DNA of 64,000 bases from Selaginella moellendorffii (Eukaryota; Plantae; Lycopodiophyta). Both the position numbers and the translations under genes were made by a program. The notes beneath the pieces were generated by a model, which was not told the DNA's origin, did no database searches, and saw nothing but the letters and a program-made list of their open reading frames with translations. The DNA lies in NCBI RefSeq assembly GCF_000143415.4, contig NW_003314279.1, forward strand, positions 1 through 64,000. Reading direction: 5' to 3'. Positions within the stretch are counted from its first letter, which is position 1. Every line of letters begins with the position of its first letter. Positions 49,423-62,572 of this stretch are shown here, piece after piece.

Positions 49423-52400
49423 TTTGGTATCAGAGGATGAGTCTCAGCGAGTACTATACAATGAGATTGGGCAATTAGTCTCGTTGCATACGCAGAGATG
49501 AAAATGATGATCCGAGTGGGTACATGTTTATGTGCAAAGGGTTCGCAATTTGTTCCTTGGGTATGGATATTGTTACCTTGTTGTACCTTATGGTGTGAGC
49601 TTGCTCTTGGGTTCATAGGATGGATTTGAGATGTTCCGTACACATGAGTTTGAGCTTGGGCTCGTGAGTGAGGCAACATTAGCAACTCGAGGTTATACTT
49701 TGAGTTGGCAGGATTAATATTAGCCTATCGGTGGTTCCATGAGTTATTCCATGTACCGTGGGTGAAAGCAAACTTTCCCTGGGTTTGCTATGAGTGGCAA
49801 ATAGGCTGGTCCGTAGCTGTTTAAGCACAGCACTAGTGGATCCTTCCTAGGCATGGTTACAAGTGGATTAATCAAGACTATAGGGATTAGTCTATTGGTT
49901 CAAGTAATCATTGTTGTGCTCTCTCATAAACTTTTCTTGGATTAGACTGAAGGCAGTGCGAAAGCAAGCTTGAGGTTTAGTCAAAGATGAGACCGAAAAG
50001 AAAGTCGTCGGGGACGAAGGATCAAACACGTAAATCATCTTCTCTTTTGGAGAGATGATTTGCAACGAGGTGTGACTCATTGCTCGTGTTCACATTATGC
50101 AATCAAGAGTCTCTACCTTGATGCATGTTGGAGATGATGGTTTTACAAATGGTGAGTTGTGGGATGGATAGCGGTGAAACGTTATACCATTTTGTCTAGG
50201 CTTGCTATGGAAGACTAGGGTTGCAATGCTCAATTCTTTTCCAAGGAACCTTGCTATTGCTCCTTGAGTAGCTTGGTGTTGGATCAGTGTTTGAGTTTGG
50301 TCGAAAAGAGAGTGGCATGAGTTTGTCTATGTTGTGAACAAAAGTTAGTGGTGCTGAGTGTTGTAAATCTCTATCGGTGAAGTGTGGCATTTATGTTGCA
50401 TTTTGTCGAATCGAGTTTGCACTTGATACTTACATAAACCTTTGAAGTAATGACATAGACATTACTTGTGGTGTTACTCAATTGATGGTCATTGTGATTT
50501 CTATATCATATCCATGTGATAATGAACAATGTGTTTATGAAGTTGCTTGGTTAAACAATGATCAACCCCAAAGTGGTTGATGGTGAAGCTAGTCTACTTA
50601 CACGAAGTAGCATTGTAGTAGCTTTGACTAGATTCTCGATAGTGGTCCATTATGCTAAGCTTAAGTTGGTTCTTTGTTTCCTTGAGGATTTGCCCATAAC
50701 ATGTTGGAAAGGGTTATAGCATTCACTTGCTATAGCTTGCTGGTTTATCCGTTAACACTTGGAGTAGATTATTGGATGGAGAAGGTGTGTAGTTAAAGCA
50801 TTGACATCGCTAACACTTGTGTTAGTGGAAGTGGCATTGTTATTTCAAGTGATGAGGATTTTCCTTAAAGCTTGATTTTCTATGTCATTTTTCTTGTTAG
50901 TGTTTGGGCTTCATATTGGATCTTGAAGGTGGTTGAAGAAGAGTGTTAGTGCAATATGGATATCCGAAGATATGGTCTTCGTGATCAAGCCTTGGATGTT
51001 CCATTTGCATTTTATGAATGTCGGAGTTAGATGTCGAAAGAATGGGCAAAAAGATGTTCGAGGCTTAAGTATACTATGGGTCATGAGAATTGGTGTTGAA
51101 GTGAACCTATATGAAGTTGTTTGTAGGAGGAAGTTGGTTTAATCTTGAAAGTTTGTATTCCTAGACGGAGAGTCATTCTTTCTCTAGGATGGAAAATTTT
51201 CCACAAATTTTCTTAGACTTTTCCAATGGCTGATCTGTTGATCATTTTGTCCGAAAACCATTCCGTTTTCGTAAGCTAATACAAACTAGTGAAGGGGTTG
51301 GAGTTGACTTTGGTTGGCTTAGACCTTAGTAAGTAGTTTGTATGATGCAACCCGAAAGGGATGCTGACTTTTGGGGCTAAGGCAATTGAGTTGGATAGAG
51401 TCTGGTGTTGGTGTAGAAAAGTGGCCGTTGCGCTTTTCTAGAAAGGTGACCCTTGTGCCTTTCTTTTGTAGCGTTATGCTTGGTGGCAGGTTGCACTTTG
51501 CATTTCGTTAGACTCTATGAGAGTAGTGAGCTCTCACTGATCTTGATTTGGTCTTGGTGGCCCTACACCTTGGCTGAGGATGGTGATGTTCAACTTAGTT
51601 GTTTGAGTTTGAGATGTTGGTACCCGTACTGTAGCTTTGTATATGAGGAGGTTGTGTACCGATATAAATCCATCTCATGGTTTTCACTTTAGTTTCGGCT
51701 AAGTGTTGGTCATGTATAGCTAGCCTCTTCAAGGCATACTCAGAGCTGTTGGTTAAACGCATTGGTGAGCTTATTGCGGTTGAGTTGGATTCGGGTGGTC
51801 ATTTAATTTGTACTTGTCCATGAACCTTTATCTCGTGCTTGGGGTATTATATTCATGCTGGACAAGTATATGACTCAATGGCATAAGTTAGTGTTTGGGT
51901 CTTGTGAAAGGCAAGACAAGTGATTATTGGTTTCTTTGCAACTAGTGATTGCTTGTAGACTTTGTCAAGGGCTTTTGACACTTGCTTCACTCAATAAAGA
52001 TTTAGTAGTGATGGGCTTGCTTTACCGGATGGTGTTGCGGAGGATCGTGTCGTTAGACTTATATAGGTTTTCCATGTTGGCATGTCGACTCTATCTCTGT
52101 CAATATCATTTGGTTACATTTAGTCCGTGGTGTTGGATTTCATTGAGTCTTGGACGTGGTGATTCACTCCTTGAGGAAGTGTTATCTGTGACTAAGTATT
52201 ATTGAGAGATTGGTCTCGGATACTGAGTAAAGTATCTTCGTCTTTGGTTAGCTTGGTTGCTAGAGAGCTTTGAGTGGCGATACACTCGTGCTTTCTTTTA
52301 GCTTTGTTATGGTGTTAATGGCATTGAAGTGATGCCTTGCCATTGACATTGTTGATATTGAGATTTGAGTGGACTGAGATATCTCTTCAAAAGATTGATG

Positions 52401-54394
52401 TCGAGTTTCATTAGTCTCGATGGAGATAGTGTTGGTGCTTGAGCTGTAACTTTATGTTATTAGCATTCATGCATTTGCTAGTTAGCAACTGTATTGACGT
52501 TCAAATGAACTGAGTGGCAAGTTTGAGTTAGTTGTGTTCTAGACAAGATTGTTTAGTAGAGGTTGAGTTTTGAGCTTTTCCTTGAAAAGTGATTTAGTCA
52601 TGGACTATGCTAGCTTTATAAAAGGAAGGAATTAGTGATTGAATCCTTGTTGGATTTCAGTTGGGATATATCGATCATTGATGATTCTACTTGTGCTTGC
52701 TATGAAGTGAGTTACGTCTTGCTATTGATAGATTCATGGAGGATCGATTAGATGATCACTTGTTGAGCATAGCTTCGTTATGCTTAGCTTTTGGATTGAT
52801 GCAGATATGCTTTTCATTAGCTTTGGCAATATGAAATTTAGCTTATGGATATGTTGAGGAAGATATTGTGGGTTGTACCATGCTTTCTTCTTTAGCATTG
52901 AAGTTAGTTCATGTGAGACTTGTGATCATTGTTAAGAAAGACTTGGCTATAGACTTCTTCAAGCTTTTGGTTATTTGAGTTTTCATGCTCATTGTTTCAT
53001 TTGCTAGAAGTTATTGGTGAAGGCATTTTTGGCTCTTTTGCTTCGATGTTGAAGTTAGTATTTGCATCTGGCAATCATTGGTGATGATTGACTATCATCT
53101 GGGATAGTTGATTATCCTTGTCAAAAAGGTTTTGCTTGATTATTGTTGATATAGAATGATTTGCTGTTCTTCGGGATAGTAGATTCTTTTTTCGATGATT
53201 ATTATGCATTTCTTTATTGATAGAATGATTGATGATCTTTCATGATGGTTAGTTGTTCTCTTTGATACCTTTTGGCTTTTCGCAATACCACATGTTCTTT
53301 GTGGTTTGCTCTGGATTGGTCTCTTGGGTTTGAGACATCAGTAGGATGTTGCTAACACTTGCTTAAACAACTTGAGTTCCTTAGTATTGTTGGCTGGGAT
53401 CTATTCCGATTGGCTTTTGTGATAGTTGGCAGGAATGAGTGTTTGTTGATCTTACCACATTCATTCTCTTCTGTTGATTGTTGTTCGAGTTAGTTTTGAT
53501 AGATTTGGATGTTATTTCCTTTGGGTGATACATTCGCGAGCATTTTGCTTGTCAGTCAATGATACTTTGTGTTCTTTGAGTTATCTTTCGTAAGTTGTTT
53601 AGCATTCTGTCTGCAATCTTTAATAGTTAAACTTTATCATTGAGTTTATTTGATGATATACTTGTTATTAAATTTTGTTTGATGGTGAATCCTATGTTTA
53701 CCAATTATGATGATCTTGGTGGTTCCTATCTACTATAATACTGGTTTATCGGATGATAACTTACTTGGAATACTTTTGTGTTCTAATCTAAGATTTATTC
53801 ACTGATAATTAAGACTCTAAGATATCATTGTCTATGACTTTGATATTGTCCATCTATTGATCTTTGAGTTTGGGCCAGTATAGGCAGACTGGCTTCGGCA
53901 CTTCGTGTGCATGTTGAAATCTCTAGTCATGGGGTAGCTACTGTCGACTGGTCACATAACCTGCCTCTCTGTCGATGTTCCTTATTTCGTTGAAAGGGCG
54001 TGACTGTGTAAACAACTCTAACTGCCTATTTCCAGTAGTCTATCTAAACCTTACCGACGGGTTTGGTTTCTTTGCTCAGGAGGGTTGCAGCCTCTGGCTT
54101 CTCTCTCTATGTCCCTGCGGGCAGGGGCGTATCACACTTTTGTAAGCTGGGTGACTCCCAGAGCAGCAGGGGTGGCTGACTCCATTGGTCATTTCCTTGT
54201 CGGCAACGGCCGGAAGGTGTCTGAGCTGGTAGCACATCCGCGTTAGACAAAGAGGTTACCTCTAACTCATTTAAGTTGGTGCATTTCTCACATAGTGTGA
54301 GTACCGTGAACTTTTTCTGGAGTTGTTTCCTTGGCGGTATTCTAGACTCGAGTATGCATCGACGAGGACGTCGATCTTCCCTAGGGGGGGAGAG

Positions 54395-55550
54395 TGTCGC
54401 GAATGTGACTTCGGGTATCGAAAGTTACCTGTCGACCAGTCCTTACGGACACTCTTACCTTACTGCCACGATGGCAGGAGGTCGGTATTGCTGGTTCCCT
54501 TTATTAGCCCCTCTTGTTCAAGTGTTAGTAAACTGGACTTTGCATCTGTACTTGGCCAGATGAGCATAAGGAAGGAATTCCTAAGTGTCTATTTAGCTGA
54601 GCATACTTGGCCCGGCTTGTTAGTTCTCTTTTGCTCTGTCTTGCACTGGCTTGACAAGAACCCTCGCGTATTGAGATTGGTCTCTCAATATCGCTACATG
54701 ATAGCTTACCGTGTCTGCCAAACACCCTCGCTATCATGCCCTTTGTGTTAGTCTCATTTTGGTCCCAAATGCTATTTATGGAAAGTATCTAGATTCGCTC
54801 ATTTGGTATATCTACGGAATGTAGAGATTGTCCTGAACACAATGGTGTTCGTCTCGTGTCCAAATTCGTAATCTAAGGACATTCCATATTTAGTAAGTTT
54901 CGAGCTTGTCCCAGAGACTAACTCCTGATACTAAGGGAGGCTTGGGGTGAAAGCCCAAAGCGTGTGTTCCTCAAGGGGGGGGGGGGGGGGGGGGCTGTGG
55001 GGGGTTCCAAATGTATAGTAGGGATAGTGGGTAGGTCGGGCATGGCTGACCAACCTGAGGCATAGTCTAGCTCTCGCTTGCGTGCCTATCCTTGTTCTGC
55101 GTCCGGCTTGGGTCTAAGCCCAAGTTCCATTCCATGCTAGCTGGTGGAGTACCCATGTCCTCGCGTTAGGCCACCGGTATGCCGAAATAGCGCTAGACTC
55201 CGTTTGGCTCCGTTTTGCGTGTTGGTCCTGGCATTGGGATGATGGTTGCTCCAGGACTGTTCCAAGTCGCTCCGGGCTCCCGTCCCTTCGCTCCTTGGGC
55301 TTCATGCTTGGGAGTTGCTCTGTAGTTCGGTTCTGTCACTCCTCGGCTCCATGCTTGGGAGTTTGGCACTGTTCCTTCGTTCAGTGGCCCAAGGCCCTAA
55401 ACCTCAGGTTCTTGTGGACACGTGGCATGGACACATGGCATGTGACATGTGGCATCTGTTACGTGGCACAAAGAGGGTTAGGTTCCGCTTCGTGGTGTTA
55501 TCCTATGGTAAATCACCATAGGATAAAGGGTCAAAACCACGTGCGCTACA
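54395..55550 (+). repeat. 3' LTR (1156 bp)
   Basis: Follows the PPT. Roughly 95-97% identical to the 5' LTR by eye, mostly transitions. Confidence 0.93.
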
Positions 55551-55797
55551 CAAACGGAGTCTGGCGCTATTTCGGCATACCGGTGGCCTAACATGAGGAC
55601 ATGGATACTCCACTAGCTAGCATGGAATGAAACTTGGGCTTAGACCCAAGCCGGACGCAGAACAAGGACAGGCACACAAACAAGAGCTAGACTATGCCTC
55701 AGGTTAGTTGCCCAACCTACCCAACCTACCCACTATCCCTATTATACATTTAGGGGATTTAACCCCCCCCCCTGCCCCCCACCCCCCCACCCCCCCC
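55551..55797 (-). mobile_element. Older inverted LTR, right half
   Basis: caaacggagtctggcgctatttcggc... is the reverse complement of LTR sequence ~54975-55206, ending in C-tracts. Confidence 0.85.
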
Positions 55798-55929
55798 GTA
55801 CCTCTTCCGTACCTTTTCGTCCCTTTACTTCTACCTTTGCTTCCATTACTTTTGTTCCCCCATTATTTCCTCTTGTGTTTTCATCTTTTGTTCTGCTCTT
55901 CCCTTTTCCGATCCCTTCGACAATCTTTC

Positions 55930-58900
55930 TGTTGCAGCTATTGACCAACTCATGAAGGAGTATTTTGATCTCTTTGAATTTGACCTATCATCTAGGGCCA
56001 AGATTACCACACGTCATCCGATTCCAGCCGGGGATGCTCGTCAAATCAAGATTCCTGTTCATCGTCGGTCACACAAGGAGATCAAAATTTTATGTATAAA
56101 CGTCAAGGAGATGTTGGAAAAGGGTGTTATTCAGAAGTCGCAGAGTCCTTGGGTATGTGAACCTCATCTTGTGACGAAACCTGATGGGAGTATTTGTTTC
56201 TGCATCGACTATCATCCGTTAAATGAAGTGACGATTCCAGATGTGTACCCTCTTCCCCACACTGCTGATCTCTTGGATTATCTGGGGTGAAGTTGTTGGT
56301 TCACCAAACTAGATCTTGCTTCTAGGTACTGGCAAGTACCGATGGCCGAGGAAGATATTCCTAAGACTGCTTTTCATACACCGTTTGGTTTGTATGAATT
56401 CTTGGTGATGCCATTTGGTTTGAACAATGCTCCAACAACTTTTCAGTGGATGCTGGATAAGGTTCTTTGTGATATACCAGAGGTGACTGCTGACTTCATT
56501 GATGATGTCTTGATTCATTCAGAGGGGACGTGGGAGGAGCACATTCGTGATATGTGTAAAGTGTTGGATTAGCTATGGAATGTTGGTTTAAAGCTGAAAC
56601 GGTCGAAGTGCGTGTTTGGGTCCAAGGACACAACTTATCTTGGGTACTGACTTGAACTCAGATTTGGACTCGGACTCAGACTCAGACTTGGACTTGGACT
56701 CAAACTCAAACTTGGATTCAATCTTGGTCTCAGTCTCAGCCTCGGCCTCGGTCTTGGTCCTGGTCCCGGTTTCAGTCTTGGTTGCAGTCTCGACCTCAGA
56801 CTCCATTTTGGGTCCTTCTCGGACTCCATCTCAGATTCCATCTCGGGTTCATCTCAGACTCCATCTCGGTGCTCATGAATTTGAGACTAGAATTGACAAC
56901 CGTAGGAATCAAATACAAATGAGGACACAAGTCCTTGAAATGGTAACCGGAGCTACATTTTATAAATGTTGGAACAAACCCAAGGAATTGGGGGTATGCT
57001 CAAAAGATGAGTCGATATTCTCATCATATGGACGAATAGTCCTAAGGGGCAAAGGTAACCCATAGAAAATGGGAAATAATCAAATGTCAGAGCAACATTT
57101 CTAAAAATAGTCCTTGTGAGTAAGACATGAATACAAGAAGATGTATTTTAGTGAATTGACACTTCAATAGTAGGACCTCATGGGTTATCAAATTAGTAAA
57201 GTCCAAAAAGTTGGATGACTCAAGTAAAGTTCGGGAATGGTCTTAAGGGATTGGTAGAAGCATTTGGATAGAAGTGTGTTGTGCTCTATGAAGGATAAAG
57301 AGGATCATAAAATCCAAGTATGAGAACAATGTGTATCTCATTGTACGCATTGTACCCTAATGGGGGATAAATTATTTATGTTGCGATATAGTAAATCAAT
57401 ATTATAAAAGGAATGCTCATTGAAGAAAACCATCATTGGGAATTATTCGTTAGAGACTTAGTCCTTTGGGCCTTATTTAATACCCTCATAACACCAAATA
57501 CCACTTCTTGGTGTTTTAGAATGTTTGAGTGTCCTTGTGAAGGTTTGCAATTTGATCCTGACAAACTTGTAGCCGTTCTAAAGTTCCCTACTCCGAAGTG
57601 TGTGAATGATGTGTAGTGCTTCTTGGGCAAGGTGCAGTATCTCGGTCGTTTTGTGGATCATCTTTTTGATCGCATTGCACCATTGCGAGCGTTACTGAAG
57701 TCATCAACATCATCTTTCATTTGGTCTTGAGATTGTGAGCGAGTGTTTGTGGATCTCAAAGACTCCTTCAGTTTTGGCATATCTTGACTACACTAGACCT
57801 TTTATTTTGCGCGTAGATGCTTCTGACATTGGTCTTGGAGGTGTGTTAATGCAAGAGAGCCCGAGTGTGCCTGGTCAGCATCATCCCATTGCATATATAA
57901 GCCGTACGTTACAACCAGCAGAGGTGAACTACTCCATGACAAAGAAGAAGTGTTTAGTGGCAGTTTAGAGTTTCGAGAAACTTCATGCATATCTACATGG
58001 TTCTCAAATATTACTTGAAGGTGACCATGCTGCCGTTACTTCATTATTGAAGCGAAAGAACCTGGTTGGTCATACTGCTCAGTGGGTTTTGAAGCTTCAG
58101 ATATATGATTTTGATGTTGTTCATCACCCAAGGAGTTCTATGGCTGATGCTAATGCCCTTTCTCAAGCTTCTCTTCCTTCTCCACTCTCTTCTCATGTTT
58201 CTGATGAGTTTGTTGTTCTAGCATCTGTGAATTTTCTAGACGAGGATTCTATGCCATCGACAGTTGCTGTACTTAACGTTCAGTGTCCACAAGGCGCAGA
58301 GCAAGGTTTACCTTCTCTTGATGAAGTTCGCGAGGCTCAAAAGATTGAGCTATGGATTCGAAGGCTTCGAAATGCGTTTGAAAATCCTATATCACTTACT
58401 GATGGCTTGCCTTTCCAGCATTTACATTCTCAATATCGCCTTGAAGATGGCCTTCTTTATTTTGTGGGGACGGATCCTGATGATCATTTACGGCTGGTGG
58501 TGCCTTCTGTCTTTATTCCGCGGTTTCCCCATACTTACCATGATTCTCTTGTTTTAGGTGGGCATATGGGACATCATCGTGTGACCGAGAAACTGCGCAG
58601 GTCTTTCTATTAGCCGGAGATGCGACGTGATGTTATCCGGTATGTGCGTAGCTGCATTTGGTGCCAAGCTCGTAATACTCCCCCTTGTGCTACGGAAGGA
58701 CAGTTAGAGTCAATTGCAATTTCCCGTCCATTGGAGTTGTTAGTGTTTAATCTTATAGGACCTTTTCCACAGTCGACTGTTGGCAATGAGTAGGTTATTA
58801 TTGCTTCTGACTACTTGACTCATTGAGTGGAAGTTAGTGCTCTTGTTAGTGCCTTTACAACTGCTGTTGGATACTTCTTCCTCAATCGAGTGGTGTTCTA

Positions 58901-59750
58901 GCATTCTTGTCCAGAACGGATTCTTTCAAATAATGGTCCTGCTTTTATGGCTGAGGCATTTCATGTTTTGACATCTCGGTTAGGGATACGCCACACTTTT
59001 CACGAGTGCTTATCATCCACAACTCTACACCCCTGTGACATAGGCATACTGAAGAGACGGCAAATAACCATCCCAATCCAAATGCTGAAAGTTTACATAC
59101 TTCGCAATCATCCCTTTGAATGTCCTAATGAGCCGTTCGACTGCTGCCGAACACTTAGGCTGTGTACAAGTTGGACAACAATAGCACTATAACTCCCATC
59201 ATCGTCCACCTACGGAGTACAAAATGGATGATTTGGTGTTAGTCTGTTTTCCCCATCTTACAATATGTGGTTTATCTAAGGGGCTCCTTGCAGAGTGGAA
59301 AGGACCGTATCGCGTGTTGCGGCAAGTTGAACCGCAAGTTTATGAAGTTCGGCATGACGTCCAACAGGCCAATCCTCCAGAAATTGTGCATGTGCAGTGG
59401 TTGAAATGTTTTATACAAAGGGATCAGGAGCAATTAATACCATCTACAGATCCACCGATGCCTCCTCCTAACATTCCTCTAGATTCCAGCCTGTCTACAA
59501 GAAAACCTTGACGGCCTTCTATTATTCCGAGAGGAGGGGATGATGTGAGGGCTAAATGTATGGTTATGATGCCGTATACTAATATTAGTGTAGTGGGATT
59601 TTGGTAGCCATTGGATTGGTTTCAATCCGGACCACTCGCTCCTATATATAAGCTAGGGTTTTTGGGCTAATTGATATGCACATTTTCTGTATTCCCTTTC
59701 CATATTCCAAGCACTCACAAATCCATATAGTTTGCTATTTATTAATTATT
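55930..59750 (+). mobile_element. Degenerate Ty3/gypsy pol (RT-RNase H-integrase) with PPT and probable 3' LTR start; interrupted by an ~0.9-kb insert (56648-57535)
   Basis: SQSPW, CIDYHPLN, LDLASRYWQ, KTAFHTPFGLYEFLVMPFGLNNAP, FIDDVLI, VDASDIGLGGVLMQ, HDSLVLGGHMG, WKGPYRV. PPT gagaggagggga 59529-59540, then TGT at 59544 and TATA-like 59643. Many stops. Confidence 0.9.
56650..56868. repeat. Compound hexamer/12-mer minisatellite, copy 3
   Basis: Same unit order as 31981-32335. Confidence 0.85.
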
Positions 59751-60718
59751 CTTTTTCAATTTTTAGTTAATTAGATAAGTTTTTTAAAAAATTGATAGTT
59801 CACCCTATTTTTAAACTATTGTAACAGACTTTCAACCCAGGCAACTATATAATTTATAATTCTCATTTTTAGGATAAATATCACAATTTAACAAGTTTAA
59901 AAATTAACTAGAATAACTATATGTCACACCAGTGTTGCTAGAATCCAGATACTAAACATTTGATCTCAAATAACTATAACTTATTTTTATTCTCTTCCAC
60001 TGGCATAAACTTTAGCCTTAGATGACTATTGTTAACCTTAGATAAACATTGATAACTACCTCTACTTTTGATAAAACTGATTGTAATACAAACTCATTGG
60101 TACAAGTTTCTCACATGAAGAATTTAAGATACATGGTGAAGACATTTAGCATCTCTATACATGTCAAAGCCATAAACCTCCATAGCATAGAATTAAACAC
60201 GGGTTGAAATGTTGAGAATCTCATTCTAGCAGTCTCCACGTGCTGATTCTATAAATTGGCTTAGTGCAATATTAAACTCTTTTCACTTGGTTGCATGCTT
60301 GCCCACAGGCATTCTAACTCCTCAACTTCTCATTGCAATTTGAAGGGCAATATCATCATAAACTAGTCTGTGATTGGAGCTTCCATGGCCTGCCATTCTC
60401 TCAAAAGCCGAGGATCAAGGATATCTTGATTGGACCCAAATAGCTCAATGGAGATAATCTTGTTTACCTTGGCAGGATGATCTCCATCGTCTGCTTGTCT
60501 TTCAAGAGTTCAATGCTGCGGTGTTTCAGCCTCTTCGAATAACTGTTGGCTCGAGAGCCATGCATCGGGTCTTGGCATAGGATATGGATCCTGAGATGGA
60601 TGAGGACCGAAGCGCGATGCTTCCCACCATAGCCCAGCTCCACTCCATTCCCACCATAGCCCAGCTCACTGGAGTGGAGACGATGTTGTGCCCGGGCAGG
60701 ACGGCCAGAATTAAATAG

Positions 60719-62521
60719 ATGCTCTCATCATGCAGCGAGTCTTTGGAGAGGCTCATCAAGTCATGCAAGACTGCGAGCAATGCAAAGGTGATCCACAACC
60801 AAATCCTTTGCACCCACCAAAACCTCACCACCTTTGTGTGCAATCTGCTGCTGGAGATGCACTCAAAATGCGGGAGCATCTCTCTCGCCCGCCACGTCTT
60901 CGACAACCTCTGCCCGCCCTCTTGCAGAGATTCCTTCACCTGGGTTCTCATGCTCGTAGCATATGCCCGAGCCGGGCATCTTACCCAGGCCCGCGGCATC
61001 TTCGAGTCCATGCCCTCGCGCAACCGCGTCGCCTGGAACGCAATGCTCGCCGCGTACGCTGCCACCGGGGACCTCGATCGCGCGCTGGAGATCTTCGATT
61101 CGTCGCCGCAGCACGACGTGATCGCCTGGACGTCGCTCCTGTCGGCGTTTGCACTGGCCGGAGATCTTGCCCACGCGCGCCGCCTCATTGACGCCATGCC
61201 CGAGTGGAACCTTGTGTCATGGAACGCGATGCTGTGCGCGCAATCGCAATGCCACCAGGTGGAGGGCGCCTGGGATGTGTTTGAGCGGATGGAAGAGCGC
61301 AACATCATCTCGTGGAACGCGCTGCTATCTGCATATGCCCTCTCGGGGCATATGGACGAAGCAGCGTATCTTTTCGAAGCGATGCCGGAAAGGGATCTGG
61401 CTTCGTGGACGACGATGATTGCTGGATCTGCGCAGGCAGGGAAGATCGAGGACTCGAGAGAACGTTTTGATGGCATGCCGGAGAGGGACGTCGTTGCATG
61501 GAACGCTATGCTTGCGGCACTTGCCCAAAATGGGCATCTTGTAAAGGCGCTAGAGTTCTTAGAAATAATGCCGGTGTGGAGCCTGGCTGGCTGGAATTCT
61601 CTTCTCGCCGCTTGCGCGCAAGAGAAGGAGTTTGATCGAGCACAGAAGTTACTAGTGAGATTACCCGAACTGGATCTTGTGGCCTGGAATTCGATGCTTG
61701 CGGTGAATGCCCTTTCTGGGCATCTGGACGAGGCGCTGTTGGCTATGGAAGCCTTATCTATGCCTGTTGATGTGAAGTCATGGAACGCAGTGCTGTATGG
61801 CTATGCCCAGAGCGGGCATCTCGACAAAGCCACCAGCTTGTTCCACGCAAGAATGCCTCACAGGGACGTGGTTTCCTTCACTGCAATGCTCTCGGCCTAT
61901 GCAAGGAGTGGTTATATCGACGAAGCAAAAGCTCTGTTCGATTCGATGCCGGAGAGGACTCTTGTGTCATGGAACGCGCTGCTCGGCGGATTTGTCCACA
62001 ATGGTCTGTACGCTCGAGCTCACAGCTTCTTCCAGACCATGCCCGAGTGTGACGTTGTATCTTGGACTGGGGCCTTGAACTCGATTACCCCAACTATGTC
62101 GTACAAAACTTCGCTGGATCACTTCCAAAGGATGCTGCTTCAAGGAGTTCTTCCGGATGATGTCTGCTTTGTGTCGATACTGGTCGGATTCAACCATGGC
62201 GGTAGCGTCCGCACCGCTTTGAGCTGCTTCGCGTCCATGGCTGTCGACTTTGGCATTGATCCGACGAAGCAGCTGTATGGAAGCCTGATTGATCTGCTTG
62301 GTCGGGCGGGATATCTGAAGGAAGCCGAGGAAGTCATCGCCAGCATGCCGTTTAAGCCGGGAGACGTCGACTGGCAATCGCTCCTGAGCGCTTGTAAGAG
62401 TTACAGTGATGGTCGAAGTGGAAGCCGAGCAGCAAAGCAAGCTCTAGAGTTGAATCCGCAGGACGACGGAACATACGTGCTGCTGGCAGCAATGTCCGAG
62501 TGTGGTGCTCACAATAGTTGA
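60719..62521 (+). CDS. Intronless PLS-class pentatricopeptide repeat protein with C-terminal E-type extension, no DYW domain, 600 aa
   Basis: Repeated ~31-aa units (RDVVAWNAMLAA.AQ.G...A...F..MP); YGSLIDLLGRAG, MPFKPGDVDWQSLLSAC, ELNPQDDGTYVLL. Confidence 0.93.
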   Translation: MLSSCSESLERLIKSCKTASNAKVIHNQILCTHQNLTTFVCNLLLEMHSKCGSISLARHVFDNLCPPSCRDSFTWVLMLVAYARAGHLTQARGIFESMPSRNRVAWNAMLAAYAATGDLDRALEIFDSSPQHDVIAWTSLLSAFALAGDLAHARRLIDAMPEWNLVSWNAMLCAQSQCHQVEGAWDVFERMEERNIISWNALLSAYALSGHMDEAAYLFEAMPERDLASWTTMIAGSAQAGKIEDSRERFDGMPERDVVAWNAMLAALAQNGHLVKALEFLEIMPVWSLAGWNSLLAACAQEKEFDRAQKLLVRLPELDLVAWNSMLAVNALSGHLDEALLAMEALSMPVDVKSWNAVLYGYAQSGHLDKATSLFHARMPHRDVVSFTAMLSAYARSGYIDEAKALFDSMPERTLVSWNALLGGFVHNGLYARAHSFFQTMPECDVVSWTGALNSITPTMSYKTSLDHFQRMLLQGVLPDDVCFVSILVGFNHGGSVRTALSCFASMAVDFGIDPTKQLYGSLIDLLGRAGYLKEAEEVIASMPFKPGDVDWQSLLSACKSYSDGRSGSRAAKQALELNPQDDGTYVLLAAMSECGAHNS

Positions 62522-62572
62522 GACGCTCGCACCGGTGGATCGTTGAAGTTAGCTGTTGTCTCCTTTGTAGAT

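Larger units (their letters stand above)
48274..55550 (+). mobile_element. Structurally complete LTR retrotransposon with non-coding interior (LARD-like, non-autonomous)
   Basis: LTRs 48274-49422 and 54395-55550 (TGT...ACA). PBS TGGTATCAGAG 49425-49435 (initiator-Met tRNA type). PPT AGGGGGGGAGAG 54383-54394. TSD CAAAC at 48269-48273 and 55551-55555. No long internal ORF. Confidence 0.93.

Noticed and set aside
60621-60667. 20-bp direct repeat ttcccaccatagcccagctc upstream of the PPR as a regulatory element
   Set aside because: Two copies only; most simply a small slippage duplication with no functional evidence.
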